A stretch of 62,999 nucleotides of DNA, filler included, from Octopus bimaculoides (lineage: Eukaryota), in assembly GCF_001194135.2 (NCBI RefSeq). It is 8 parts of 7 records of this genome, joined end to end, with 100 filler letters (N's around TTAATTAATTAA, not from the genome) between each part and the next. Parts side by side here need not be neighbours in the genome. Positions count along the whole stretch, not along the records: positions 28,063 to 38,976 come from NC_068992.1; positions 39,077 to 43,757 come from NC_069008.1; positions 43,858 to 57,290 come from NC_068996.1; 5 more parts are not named here. One strand, given 5' to 3'. Below are positions 38,488-50,675 of the stretch, piece by piece. Each line of letters starts with the position of its first letter. Position 1 is the stretch's first letter. The notes below the pieces were generated by a model that was not told where the DNA came from, made no database searches, and saw nothing but the letters and a program-made list of their open reading frames with translations. Position numbers and translations under genes: made by a program.

Positions 38488-38935
38488 GATACATATATAT
38501 ATGAATGTATATATTGATATTTTATTTTATTTTATTATTATTATTATTACTGCTGCTACTACTACTACTAAAACTATTATTATTGCTTTCGTTCCAATAT
38601 ACTTACTTCCTCATGTTTATAAATTTCTTCTTACAAAGCACGAAGCAATGCAAATTCTGAAGCAAAAATTTCTGAAGCCTTTGTATATATTAGACCAATT
38701 TTCAGTCGAAACATCCTGTTGGTTCAGACACTCGTTGTAAAGTTCCATTCGGCTACACACGCCTTCCGTTTTATTTCTACGTTGTCATTTGTTTTTTTGT
38801 TCATGCGGTTTTTCTCCCATGCTTTTCGGCTTCTTTCGTGGCTTCCTTTTTCTTTTTCTTGTATGTATTTATTGTACACACATATATACATGCTTCCACC
38901 ACATACACATATATATACATACATACATATATATA

Positions 38936-38976
<41 letters not shown>

Positions 38977-39076
38977 NNNNNNNNNNNNNNNNNNNNNNNN
39001 NNNNNNNNNNNNNNNNNNNNTTAATTAATTAANNNNNNNNNNNNNNNNNNNNNNNNNNNNNNNNNNNNNNNNNNNN
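38977..39076. other. Artificial scaffold join with six-frame-stop linker
   Basis: 44 N + TTAATTAATTAA (39021-39032) + 44 N. Confidence 0.92.
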
Positions 39077-39771
39077 GGGTCGATAAATTAAGTACCAGTT
39101 ACGCACTGGGGTCGATATAATCGACTTAATGCGTTTGTCTGTCCTTGTTTGTCCCCTCTGTGTGTAGCCCCTTGTGGGCAGTAAAGAAATAGGTATTTTG
39201 CCTGACTTTACGTTCTGAGTTCAAATTCCGCCGAGGTCGACTTTGCCTTTCATCCTTTCAGGGTCGATAAATTAAGTACCAGTTGTGTAGTGGGGTCGAT
39301 CTAATTGTCTGGCCCGCTCCCTCAAAATTTAAGGCCTTGTGCCTAGAGTAGAAAAGAATATACAACTTAACTATTTGATATATGATGCATGTTTATTACA
39401 CATATAATGCATATATAGATAATCATCATCATCATCATTTAGCATCTGCTTTCCATGCTGGCATGGGTTAGACAGTTCGACTGGAACTAGTACGCTGGAG
39501 AGTTCCCAGTTTGATTTGGCAGGATTTGTATGGCCGGATGCCCTTCCTAATGCCAATATACCAAGCATTACACACTGCTGAGGAGAGCTCAGCTCAGGTG
39601 GGCAGGCCACATTTTGTTTGAATGCCTGATACATGACTCAGACACAAGTCACTACATTCACACACACACATGTACACATGTATACATCTATATCTACGAT
39701 CTGCATACATAAACACATTCTACAATACAACCACGCACCCCCTCATAGTCTCTATTCTCATCTCTCAACAG

Positions 39772-39929
39772 AATACAACCCGATGGCAACTGAGGAGATT
39801 GTTCAGCACTTTAACGAGCTTCGTCAAGACATCGTACTGCTTTACGAACTGAAGTTGGCTTTGGCTAATTGCGAATATGAACTACAGACTTTGAGACACC
39901 AGTTTGAGAGTCTTACACCTGCTGGAAAG
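39772..39929 (+). CDS. DMAP1: DNA methyltransferase 1-associated protein 1, near-terminal coding exon (phase 1 in, phase 0 out)
   Basis: (E)YNPMATEEIVQHFNELRQDIVLLYELKLALANCEYELQTLRHQFESLTPAGK matches human ELSPTPTEELVHMFNELRSDLVLLYELKQACANCEYELQMLRH; acceptor tctctcaacAG, donor AAG|GTGAGT. Confidence 0.93.
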
Positions 39930-40190
39930 GTGAGTACAATGTTGCTGTTGTTGTTGTTGTTGTCGTTGTCGCTATTGTCGTCTAGTCCTGGGTTGGGCTT
40001 AATCAAACATACATAAAGACAGTTGGGTGCAATTTTAGAGAGATTTGGCTGCTATTTCTACCAGGTCTAGCTACCATGTAGAGGTCTCTTTCATTGGTTC
40101 ATGCGTACATATATACATACATATGATAGCAGGGTGTGATTTGAGTGAAATATGGCTGCTTTTTCAACCAGGTCTATCTACTGTGTTAGT

Positions 40191-40570
40191 GGAGGTGCAA
40201 TGGCCCGGTGGTTAGGGCAGCGGACTTGCGGTCATGGGATCGCGGTTTCGATTCCCAGACCGGGCGTTGTGAGTGTTTATTGAACGAAAACACCTAAAGC
40301 TCCACAAGGCTCCGGCAGGGGATGGTAGCGGACCCTGCTGTACTCTTCCACCACAACTTTCTCTCACTCTTTCTTCCTGTTTCTGTTGTGCCTGTAATTC
40401 AAAGGGGTCAGCCTTGTCACACTGTGTCACGCTGAATATCCCCGAGAACTACGTTAAGGGTACACGTGTCTGTGGAGTGCTCAGCCACTTGCACGTTAAT
40501 TTCACGAGCAGGCTGTTCCGTTGATCGGATCAACTGGAACCCTCGACGTCGTAAGCGACGGAGTGCCAAC
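40191..40570 (+). mobile_element. Full-length long tRNA-derived SINE in a DMAP1 intron
   Basis: A-box-like TGGCCCGGTGG 40201-11, B-box-like GGTTTCGATTCC 40244-55; other copies at 15902, 35520 and 44365. Confidence 0.88.
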
Positions 40571-41435
40571 GATCTACTGTGTGGACTAGCAGTCCTCAGT
40601 CATTTTTCACCCATGTACCCATTTGATTCCAATGTTACTCTGGTGGATCCTTATACCCATTCGATCTTTAAAAAAAAAATCCTATATCATCATGATCCTC
40701 ATTTAACATCTATTGTCCATACTGGCACAGGCTGGACGGTTTGACCTGGGCTGGCAAACTGAGGGGCTGAACCAGATTCCAGTCTGATTTTACACAGTTT
40801 CTATAGCTGGATGTCCTTTTTAACACCAATCACTCTCAGAGTGTAATGGGTGCCTTTATGTGTCACCAGCACAAGTGCCAGTCGCGTGACACCAGTATCT
40901 ACTGCAACTATGATTTCAGTTGGCTTGATGGGTCTTCTTCTCAAACACAGCATAATGCCAAAGGTTTCGGTCACTTGTCATTGCCTCCATGAGGCCCAAC
41001 ATTTGAAAGGTACTCGTTACGCCACACTAGCATTGGCCACATTGCCTCTGTGAGGCCCAGCACTTGAAAGGTGCTTCTTACATACCAGTTACGGTGACTA
41101 TTTCACTTGGCTAGATGGGTCTTCTCAAGCACAGCATATTACCAAAGGCCTCAGTCACTAGTCATTGCCTCTGTGAGGCACAATACTCAAGAGGTGCTTT
41201 TTATGTGCCACCTGCAAGAATGCTAGTTACACGACACTGGCATCGGCCACATCGCTTGTATGAGGCCCAACACTCGAAAGGTGCTTTTTACGTGCCACCG
41301 GCACAGGTGCCAGTTGTCTGACACCAGCATTGGCCATGACTATAATTTCACTTTGATGGGTCTTCTTCTCAACCATGGTATATTGCCAAAGGTTTTGGTC
41401 ATTTGTCATTGCCTCTGTGAGGCCCAATACTTCTA

Positions 41436-41732
41436 CAGGGTGTCCACAAAGTCTGGGTGCACAGAGTGAATAAAATCATAACATAAACAATTAAATAAAA
41501 GAAATAATAATTTCTTAAAGTATGTGTTAATTCCCATGTGGGTACATGGAGTAAATAAAATCATAACATAAAGAATTAGATATAAGAAATAATAATTTCT
41601 TGAAGTATGTGTTAATCCCCATGTGGGTACATGGAGTAAATAAAATCATAACGTAAAGAATTAGATATAAGAAATAATGATTTCTTAAAATATGTGTTAA
41701 TCCCCATGTACCCAGACTTTGTGGACACCCTG
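41436..41732. mobile_element. Tc1/mariner-type MITE with a triplicated 85-bp core
   Basis: TA|CAGGGTGTCCACAAAGTCTGGGT ... ACCCAGACTTTGTGGACACCCTG|TA perfect TIRs; units at 41456, 41541 and 41626. Confidence 0.92.
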
Positions 41733-41907
41733 TAGAAGTATAACTTATTAATTGCAGATAAAATTGTGACAATAAAACCTTATGTGGACCCCTTAGGGCC
41801 ATACTGACCCCTTTGGGAACCACTGATGTGGATGTGCCGTTACCCTAGTATGTTGTGACTTATAAAAACTTGTTACTAATACCTTTGCAATTTCTTTTAT
41901 GCTTCAG

Positions 41908-41970
41908 AGAAAGCGCAAATCTCTTGTGGAACAATCAAACACAGTAAAGAAAGTGAAACAGAAGGTCTGA
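41908..41970 (+). CDS. DMAP1: Probable DMAP1 terminal coding exon RKRKSLVEQSNTVKKVKQKV*
   Basis: Branch-like TACTAAT, pyrimidine tract, CAG acceptor at 41907; phase 0 fits the previous donor; basic RKR...KK.K tail as in DMAP1 orthologues (human RKRRES...KKAKKP*). Confidence 0.72.
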   Translation, partial: RKRKSLVEQSNTVKKVKQKV

Positions 41971-41983
41971 GACGACTCCGGCA

Positions 41984-41997
41984 CCACCAGGGGGAGC
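41984..41997 (+). promoter_or_regulatory. CTCF-like motif in the putative DMAP1 3' UTR
   Basis: CCACCAGGGGGAGC, 13/14 match to CCACCAGGGGGCGC. Confidence 0.45.
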
Positions 41998-42331
41998 TGC
42001 AGTCTTCTTGTGTATATATGCATACCTGTACAGACATGCACACACTGATATATATATATATATATATATATATAAACATATACATATATATATATATATA
42101 TATCTGTATATGTATANNNNNNNNNNNNNNNNNNNNNNNNNNNNNNNNNNNNNNNNNNNNNNNNNNNNNNNNNNNNNNNNNNNNNNNNNNNNNNNNNNNN
42201 NNNNNNNNNNNNNNNNNNNNNNNNNNNNNNNNNNNNNNNNNNNNNNNNNNNNNNNNNNNNNNNNNNNNNNNNNNNNNNNNNNNNNNNNNNNNNNNNNNNN
42301 NNNNNNNNNNNNNNNNNNNNNNNNNNNNNNN

Positions 42332-42376
<45 letters not shown>

Positions 42377-42398
42377 CATACATGTATATATATGTATG

Positions 42399-42429
<31 letters not shown>

Positions 42430-42576
42430 ATATATATATATATATGTATGTATATACTACACACATATATATCATACAAACATACAATTTCATGTGAAAT
42501 ATGTAGATATAAGATATATATATAACAGAAAAAATTTCTTGTTTACAAGCATATATATATATATATATATATATGT

Positions 42577-42619
<43 letters not shown>

Positions 42620-42666
42620 NNNNNNNNNNTGTTTACAAGCATATATATATATATATATATATATGT

Positions 42667-42714
<48 letters not shown>

Positions 42715-42755
42715 ACAAACATATACTATATATTACATATATATATGTATATAAC

Positions 42756-42788
<33 letters not shown>

Positions 42789-43119
42789 CAATCATGTATA
42801 CGTATGTGTAAATGTTTTTATTTGTAATTATGTGTGTTTAGAGATTCTTGAGTGAAAGAAGGTCTAGTGGTCTATCCAGGATGTAGATAATAAAAACTTG
42901 AGTTTTGCATCCACTTGAAACACGTTTTACAAATTGTAAAAGGTAAAATAAATTTAAAATTATCAAAAAAAAACATGTAATAAAAAATTTTTTTTCAAAA
43001 CATTTTTTTCGTTATTTATGAAGACCTTGATTGGTATTGGTGGTGGTGGTCATGGTCGAGATGGTGGTGGTGGTGGTAGTGATGTTGATGGTGGTTATGA
43101 TCTGTTTCTGAGACCAGCT

Positions 43120-43310
43120 CAGGGCTGCTGAACTCTGTTGCTCCACTGACCCAAATATCTGGGAGACAATCACCAAGAACCTTCCAGAATGGCAGCATAT
43201 CATCATCAAGGGAACAGACCAGATGGAAAATAGGAGACGTCTGGAGGCAGAGGTCAAATGTTAAAGACAGAAAGAGCAGCTTGCACTCCCTTGTCCCCCA
43301 CCAGCCCTCC
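43120..43310 (+). mobile_element. RTE/BovB-like LINE C-terminal fragment
   Basis: DPNIWETITKNLPEWQHIIIKGTDQMENRRRLEAEVKC*RQKE resembles the RTE tail WE..A..R..W...+..G....E..R...A..KR..RK. Confidence 0.55.
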
Positions 43311-43396
43311 CTGGCAACATTGTAGGGTAGGTATGAGAGGCCAGATCTTACCATTTTGAACATGAGACATGTAGAATATTACATCTGATTCATCTT

Positions 43397-43700
43397 CATC
43401 ATCATCATCATCATCGTTTAACGTCCGCTTTCCATGCTAGCATGGGTTGGACGATTTGACCGAGGACTGGTGGACCAGATGGCTACACCAGGCTCCAATC
43501 TGATCTGGCAGAGTTTCTACAGCTGGATGCCCTTCCTAACGCCAACGACTCCGAGAGTGTAGTGGGTGTTTTTACATGCCACCAGCACGAGGGCCAGTCA
43601 GGCGGTACTGGCAACGGCCACGCTCAAAATGGTGTTTTTTACATGCCACCTGCGCAGGAGCCAGTCCAGTGGCACTGGCAACGACCTCGCTCACATTACA
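43397..43700 (-). mobile_element. SINE-like copy of the (CAT)n-ended family
   Basis: CATCATCGTTTAACGTCCGCTTTCCATGCTAGCATGGGTTGGACG...; further copies near 39420, 48750, 52410, 53010 and 55590. Confidence 0.85.
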
Positions 43701-43757
43701 TCTAATTCATCTTACACCCATTTTTTCTCTCAGAACATTTGCACTGATGTTGCACAC

Positions 43758-43857
43758 NNNNNNNNNNNNNNNNNNNNNNNNNNNNNNNNNNNNNNNNNNN
43801 NTTAATTAATTAANNNNNNNNNNNNNNNNNNNNNNNNNNNNNNNNNNNNNNNNNNNN
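43758..43857. other. Artificial scaffold join separating the DMAP1 piece from the HERC2 piece
   Basis: 44 N + TTAATTAATTAA (43802-43813) + 44 N. Confidence 0.92.
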
Positions 43858-43908
43858 TTTGTTATTACGATGAATAATTTTACGGTAAAGTAAGCATGTA
43901 TCCTATCG

Positions 43909-44175
43909 ATCCTATCGGCGACGCCAATAAACTCTGTTGTATTTCCCTCGGAGGACTCGCAGAGATAACACAACGAGTTGTACAATTTAATTATTACATT
44001 TATTATTCAATTACATACAAAGAACGCACTCACCCAATGTTCATTATAAATAAACAAGAATCATGTCCGCCATATATATCAATGACATTTTACTACGACA
44101 GTCACACAAGACAACAACAATGAAACAATGAACTCAGACGAACCACATTGACACAGGACTTCAGACGAACACAAA
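43909..44175 (-). mobile_element. LTR fragment followed by a candidate primer-binding site
   Basis: LTR-like end ...AAATACAACA at 43935, then after 8 nt TGGCGTCGCCGATAGGAT (43926-43909). Confidence 0.5.
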
Positions 44176-45034
44176 TCCAACAGTCCATATAACACTCAGG
44201 CCAACCAAAGCCCTGTGAGTGGATTTGATAGATGGAAACTGAAAGAAGTTGGTCATATATATATATATATTTTTTTTTTATGCACCCTTTTAAAACCTAG
44301 CCAGGCTCATGGGCCTGGTTTCCCGGTTTCTATGGCGTATGTGTTCCCCTCCAGTTTACTCAAGAAACAGGAAGAAAGAGTGAGAGAAAGTTGGGGCAAA
44401 AGAGTACAACAGAGGTCGCCACCACCCCCTGCCAGAGCCTCGTGGGGCTTAGGTGTTTTCACTCAATAAACACACACAGTGCCCGGTCTGGGAATTGAAA
44501 CTGCGAGTCCGCTGCTCTAACTGGACCATTGCACCTCCACACACACACAGTCAATAAAACATATATCAGTAAAGATGCTCATTCTAAAGAATAGAGTAGT
44601 AATTATTACAACAAAAATTTTAATTTTGGGCATAGAGTTACCAAAGGTTTCGTATCTAGAAAGCCAAAGCCTTGCAGACAGCTCATCAGACTCTATACAA
44701 AGACAAAATTTAAACTTTCTACATCGCAGATGTGAGAAAACACTCAGAAATCAAGATATGTGTGTATGTGTCTGTGTTTGTGTCCCCACCATCACTTGAC
44801 AACCAGTATTGGCGAGTTTATGTCCCCATAACTTATTCTGTTGATCTCTCTCAGCAAGAGAGATCAATAGAATAGGTACCAGGCTTATCAAAAATAAGTA
44901 CTGGAGTTGATTTATTTGATTAAAAACTCTTCAAGCATGGCCACAGTTTAATGACTGGAACAAGTAAAAGATAAAAGAAACACTGAAATTCATATTCTTT
45001 ATATATGTTTCTTCTTTATTTTTCCATTTCAAAG

Positions 45035-45232
45035 CACTGGATTTGCCTGGAAATGTATCAAGATATCCTTGTAAGTCGTCTACAGATGAAGGTTGAACCA
45101 ACAGATTCCAGTTATATGCCGTCACTTGTGGTTGTCAGTGGCGGTGATTCCGTACACACCTTGAAAGAACTTAGAACCATTAATATCAGTGTGTCTTTCA
45201 CTTGGGTTACACTGCTTGAAGATATGACAGTG
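45035..45232 (+). CDS. HERC2: HERC2 E3 ubiquitin ligase exon, DOC/APC10 domain (198 nt, phase 0/0)
   Basis: [37 protein letters not shown] matches human [37 protein letters not shown]; AAAG| and |GTATGT. Confidence 0.95.
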
Positions 45233-47275
45233 GTATGTGGTTTTTCACACACACTTAATAATTGCTTTATTACAGTTCAATAGCTTTAATTTTCTATGAT
45301 ATAAGCAAACACACAAAAATGCTACCATTTCTCTCTCTCTCTCTCTCTCCCTCTTTCAAATATATTTTTGTTGCTACTCTGCAACTAATTCATATTTAAG
45401 AACCATGCCAAAACTGACCTCACCTGTGCTCATGCCTCATAAAAATCACTCAGTGCAATCTTTGGAGTGATTGGTGTTAGGAAGGACATTCAGCCATAAA
45501 AGCCATGCCAAAACAGACACAGAAGTTTGGTGCAGTCTTCTGTCTGGTTGGCTCTTATCAAACTGTCCAACCCATGCCAGCATGGCAGGCAGACATTAAA
45601 TGATGATGATGATAATGAAGAGTTATATATAGTAAAGCAGTGACCTGGTAGAATTGTTAGTGTGCCAGACAAATGCTTAGGAGTATTTCTTCTCACTTCA
45701 TATTCTGTGTTAAAATTCTGCTGAGGTCAATTTTGCCTTTCATCCTTTTGCAATTGAGAAAATAAATATCAGTTGAGCACTAGGGCCGATGTAATCAACT
45801 AACTCCCTGCCTCAAAATTTCAGGCCTTGTGCCTATAGGATTTATGTTTATATAGGTATGTATATATTATAAATATTTGTCTGTGAATATATCAACACAT
45901 ATATATGTACATGGACGCAAGCTTGTCTATATAGTTAATGTAAGTTCATTTCCCAACCACGTTGCCTCTCTTCTGACTGTGTTGCACAAAATCTTTGGCA
46001 AATGTTTTGTGCCTTAGTCAGGAGTTATCCATAACCCAGTGAGTGACATGTAAGAGACAAAATACTGCGCAACTGCATCATATAAACTACATGCGTATAT
46101 TCATGCATGTATGCAAATGTGTGTGTGTTGATAGGTGTTTGTATGTGTGTGCATTTTCTGGAAACAAACAAAATGTATTTCGAAAATCAATAGTTTTTTT
46201 TAAAATTCATTTGCTCTAACTTCTTCCAATTAGTTAAATTTTAAAAACAGTGAAAATTTAAGTCATTAATGTGTCTATTTCAGTTAGTTAAAAAAAAAAG
46301 CATCAAAGTCCTTCCTGAGTCATAAGTTCAAAAGACCAACTTCAGAGTCTCTGTGATGCATATATATATTCCCCATTGGATGGAGCACCAGTTCATCACA
46401 GGAGTACTCACTTTTGCCAGTTGAGTGGACTGGAGTAACGTGAAAGGAAGTGTTTTGCTAAAGAATACAACACATCGCCCAGTCCAGGATCTTATAATCA
46501 TGAGTGCAACACCCAAAGCACTAAGCCATGCACTTCCACATTACAGTTAGTGGTAACAGGTTTTGAAGAACCAGAAATGTCCCATTGTTTTCTGGATCTC
46601 AATATTCCACAGAGCCTGTCTTTGATTTCTGGAGTGTTCAGTAGATCAGATAAAACAAAGAACAATCTTCTCCATAGATAAAACATTGTTGTCTTAGAGA
46701 TAACTGTTCTTGTTCAGAAAATTGAAATCTGGATTGAAACAACTTCAATTTTTACAGCCAGACACAGCTGTGTGGTTAAGAAGTTTGTTTCCCAACAACA
46801 TGGTTTCACGTTCATTCCCTCTGCATGGTACCAAGTGTCTTCAACTATATTCCTGAAACAACTAAAGCTTTGTGAATGGATTTGGTTGACGGGAACAAAT
46901 GAAACAAGCCCATCAAATGTGTGTCTATGTGTACGTGTGTGTGTGTATGCATACATGTGTGTGTTTCCTTGTTTTGATATCTCATGATAGTTGTAGACAA
47001 CTGTTATACAAGCAATGTCTTTCTGATCTTCCAATCTTTCGTATAACCATATAAAATTTCCAATCTTCCTTAAAAACATACTCAACCATGGTGAAATATT
47101 ATCTGATTTGGAAATGGGCAAAGGTTGGTGACATCTAGCCATAGATAATCTGCCACAGCAAAGTCCATCTGACACATGGAAGCATAGAAAAGTAGACTTT
47201 ACAATAATGTTGTTGTTGTTGAGGAGGATAAACTACTCATTGACTTTTTCTTTTCACCTCACTTCATATTTTCAG

Positions 47276-47554
47276 TATTATAGATTCATAGAAATTGCTA
47301 TCAAGCAGTGCCGAAGTAGTGGAATTGATTGCAAAGTTCATGGCCTAACGATTGTGGGACGAAGGAAAATTGACGAAGATGACAGTGCTGCTAACTTTGC
47401 TTTCTTAGCATCGGACGATGAAGATGAACAAAGTAGCTCTCTGCAAGGATGTCGGAAAAAGACAAGGTCATCAAGTTTTAGTGAGATTCAAACACATGTA
47501 TGTGTTTGGGGTTTGAACGACAAAGATCAGCTAGGAGGCCCGAAAGGGTCAAAG
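47276..47554 (+). CDS. HERC2: HERC2 exon, end of DOC, acidic linker, start of RLD2 (279 nt, phase 0/0)
   Basis: YYRFIEIAIKQCRSSGIDCKVHG...FLASDDEDE...VWGLNDKDQLGGPKGSK; ttttcAG| and |GTAAGA. Confidence 0.97.
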
Positions 47555-48559
47555 GTAAGAGATGATTTTTTTTTTCTTTTTCTGTAAGAAATAAAACATC
47601 CTATTGAAATTTTCATGTTTGAAAGTTGAAGTCTGTTGCATGTTACAGGAGTTTACTCTTGTTTACAGGTGTGTTGTGAAGTTTATTCTGAAACATTCAC
47701 TTTCACACATGTTGTTGTTGCTGCTGCTGCTATCACTAGTTCTCAAATGATTTCATGTAAAGACAGAAACACTCACAGAGACACATAACTGCACATGCAC
47801 ACACATAAACATGCGCACACATGCACATACACTTATATGCACATGCACACTTAAACACTTTCATACACACACACATGAATAAACACATATCCACACACAA
47901 ATATATACTCATGCACATGTATTTGTGTGAATGTGCAGGCACACACAAACGTGAACATGCACACAAACATGCACATGCATGCAAACACACACACACAAAT
48001 ATGTGCTTGCACACAAACACATGCATATGCACACACAGAATCATAAGAGCATTAGACAAAACGATTTGCAGTATGTTGTAATGACTGTTTATATTTTGTT
48101 GGCGGGATCAATAAAACAAATTATCTTTTAAGTACTAGGTCGATTTAATTGACTGAACCCTTGTGGCCTTCTACATGTGTCAGAAATGGTGGTGGCAGTA
48201 GTATACACTGAGCTGGGTACTTTGCACAAATAATGCTTTAACAGTTCAACAATTAGACTTCATCCATCCATTTTCCCCATCCACTATTCCTGAAAGGATT
48301 GTTGGAGTAGAGTCCTCAGGTACCTCCTTCACAAGTACCATCTCCATAGAGTCCTATCAGAAGTAACTATCGTTACACTTTCTGGTTAGATTCCCACCTC
48401 ATTCTTTGTTGACTGCTTAGGTCTCCCACCAGTTGGCTCAGTTTGATAAATCCATCTTACAATTCTATCCTGTGACATTATAATCGCATATACATAGTAC
48501 TGAAACTGTGATCTCCCAATGCAGAGAAGTAGTAGATAGTGACCAAAAGGGTATAATCA

Positions 48560-48715
48560 CAAATACAAGCTGCCAAAATGGGGTTCCTTCTATAAGTCTC
48601 TGAAGTAACATTACTCGACAGGGTGAATAGTTCAGTGATCAGGGAGTCTCTCAGGGTTGAGCCCTACTTCTCTACTCTGAGAGACTTCTTCACAAAACCA
48701 ATAATGCAAAGAAAA
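48560..48715 (+). mobile_element. RTE (Expander-like) LINE fragment in a HERC2 intron
   Basis: SQIQAAKMGFLL*VSEVTLLDRVNSSVIRESLRVEP resembles SRIQAAEMSFLRRVAG..LRDRVRSSVIREELGVEP. Confidence 0.7.
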
Positions 48716-49242
48716 CGAAACAGTTATATTTGTTTTACAAAGAATAAATTATTCCTATGTCAGTGACGTGTAAAAAGCACCCTTCAAACATTGGGCCTCA
48801 TTGAGGTAGTGACTGAGACCTTTGGCAATATACCATGCTTTGGAGGACCTGTCAAGCCAATGAGATTGTAGTTGTAGCCGATGCCGGTGTTACATAACTG
48901 GTACCTGTGCCAGTAGTATGTAAAAAGTAACCACTACACTCTTAGAGTTGTTGGTGTTAGGAAAGGCATCCAACCAAAGAAATCATGCCAAATCAGATTG
49001 GAACCTGATATAGCTTCCCAACTTACCAGTTTTCAGTCAAATCATCCAACCATGCCAGCATGGAAAATGGATGTTAAACGATGATGATGATGTTATTGTT
49101 AAGAAAAGATTATTACTTTTTTCATAACCTTGTAATATATGATGTGTCCACTGTAGTATAAGGTGTACTTGTAGCATATGGTATGCTATTGTGATACATG
49201 TTGTGGTTGTTGTAGCAATTGTTTTTATTTTTATTTTTACAG

Positions 49243-49324
49243 ATCAAATTGCCATATTTGAATGAAACTTTGTCAGCTTTAAAATGTGTCCAGATAGCTG
49301 GTGGATCAAAAAGTTTATTTTGTG
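49243..49324 (+). CDS. HERC2: HERC2 exon, RLD2 (82 nt, phase 0/1)
   Basis: IKLPYLNETLSALKCVQIAGGSKSLFC; tttacAG| and |GTGAGT. Confidence 0.95.
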
Positions 49325-50324
49325 GTGAGTTGTTTGATTTTTCCCTTAATATTAAACATAACTGGTCTCCATTACTAATCTACTTAATCAGTCTATGTAG
49401 CACCTCTACAGCAAGAAATCTGTTCTATTTTGGCTTCTACTTCCATAATTCGACCCCTCATTCCCTAATACTAAGCTGCTTTCCTCTCCATTCAGTCAGA
49501 AGGGATCTCGGTTTTGCAAGCTAAATGGTGACCACACTATTGCCAGTGTCATGAAGAAAGTATCTAGTACAGCCTGTAAATTGGTTGTTGTTAAGAAGGT
49601 TATTCAGACATGGAAACCATGCCAAAGCAAACATTTGAGACCACTGCAGTCTTTTGATTCTGTCAGATTATCCAACCTAGACAATCATGGAACACAACTA
49701 TTAAATGATCATGGTGATGATGATGATGATAATGTACATTATTGGTCTACAATTTCATTTTGAAGAAGTTATTATGCATTTTTCTTATGACTAGGGATCT
49801 TGTACATGGTCACCGAATATGCTAGAAATAGCAGACAAATTTTCAATTCTCCATCTCAGTTTTATAAGAAAGGGACACCGATAATGTAGTCCAACATACA
49901 CTATGTTTGAATAACAGACTAGATGACCATGAAAAGAATGTCTCTGATCATTGACCTACTGGAATCAGAGTTAAATCAATTTTTGTAAGAACTGTAATAA
50001 CATCATCAATGAAGGCCTTCAGTTGAAAATAATTTAGCAAGCTGGATAATTTATTTGTGATTTCATCTGTACAGAAAGTTTATCTTCATGCTTGTTTGAT
50101 TGGTCAACAACAGTATCTTCTATCTTGTAGAAACTGTATAACTGTATATTTTTGCAATATCCTGCTGGTTTCATGAAGTTCTGCTATGGAGGTGGGTTTT
50201 GCTCACAGCTGTATTAAAAGAGGCTCCAAGTTGAGAACAGTCTATAGATTTAAAATAAATTTTCTTTTGTCTTTGTTTTTCTTTTTTTTTTCACTTCAAA
50301 TATTTTCTTAACATCCAATTTCAG

Positions 50325-50468
50325 TTACTCAAGAAGGAAAGGTCTATGTGTGTGGTGAAGCTACCAATGGGCGGCTTGGATTGGGAGTCACATGTGGCAG
50401 TGTTCCTACCCCAACTCTTGTAGGGGCACTCAGCCAATATGTCATAAAAAAGGTTGCTGTTCATTCAG
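50325..50468 (+). CDS. HERC2: HERC2 exon, RLD2 (144 nt, phase 1/1)
   Basis: (V)[47 protein letters not shown]; ttcAG| and |GTACT. Confidence 0.96.
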
Positions 50469-50644
50469 GTACTATTATGCTTGCAACTTTTTCTTTCTCT
50501 CTCTTTCACATTTCTCTCTTTTATCTTTCTTTGTCTCTTTCTTTCTACACCGATAGCATCAATGACACACAAACAACATATACATACATACACTTTTACA
50601 CATTTATACATGGGCACACACACACATGTACTCTCTTGCTCTCT

Positions 50645-50675
<31 letters not shown>

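Noticed and set aside
40191-40265. tRNA gene
   Set aside because: The tRNA-like head continues into a 300-bp body repeated elsewhere in the window; a SINE.
41797-41847. 51-nt AG...GT candidate for a missing DMAP1 exon
   Set aside because: In-frame TGA in the required phase; sequence resembles a transposon end (GGGAACCACTG).
42541-42719. Tandem duplication GTTTACAAGC(AT)nGTAGG(TA)n
   Set aside because: The two copies flank a 10-N gap; most likely overlapping contig ends left unmerged.
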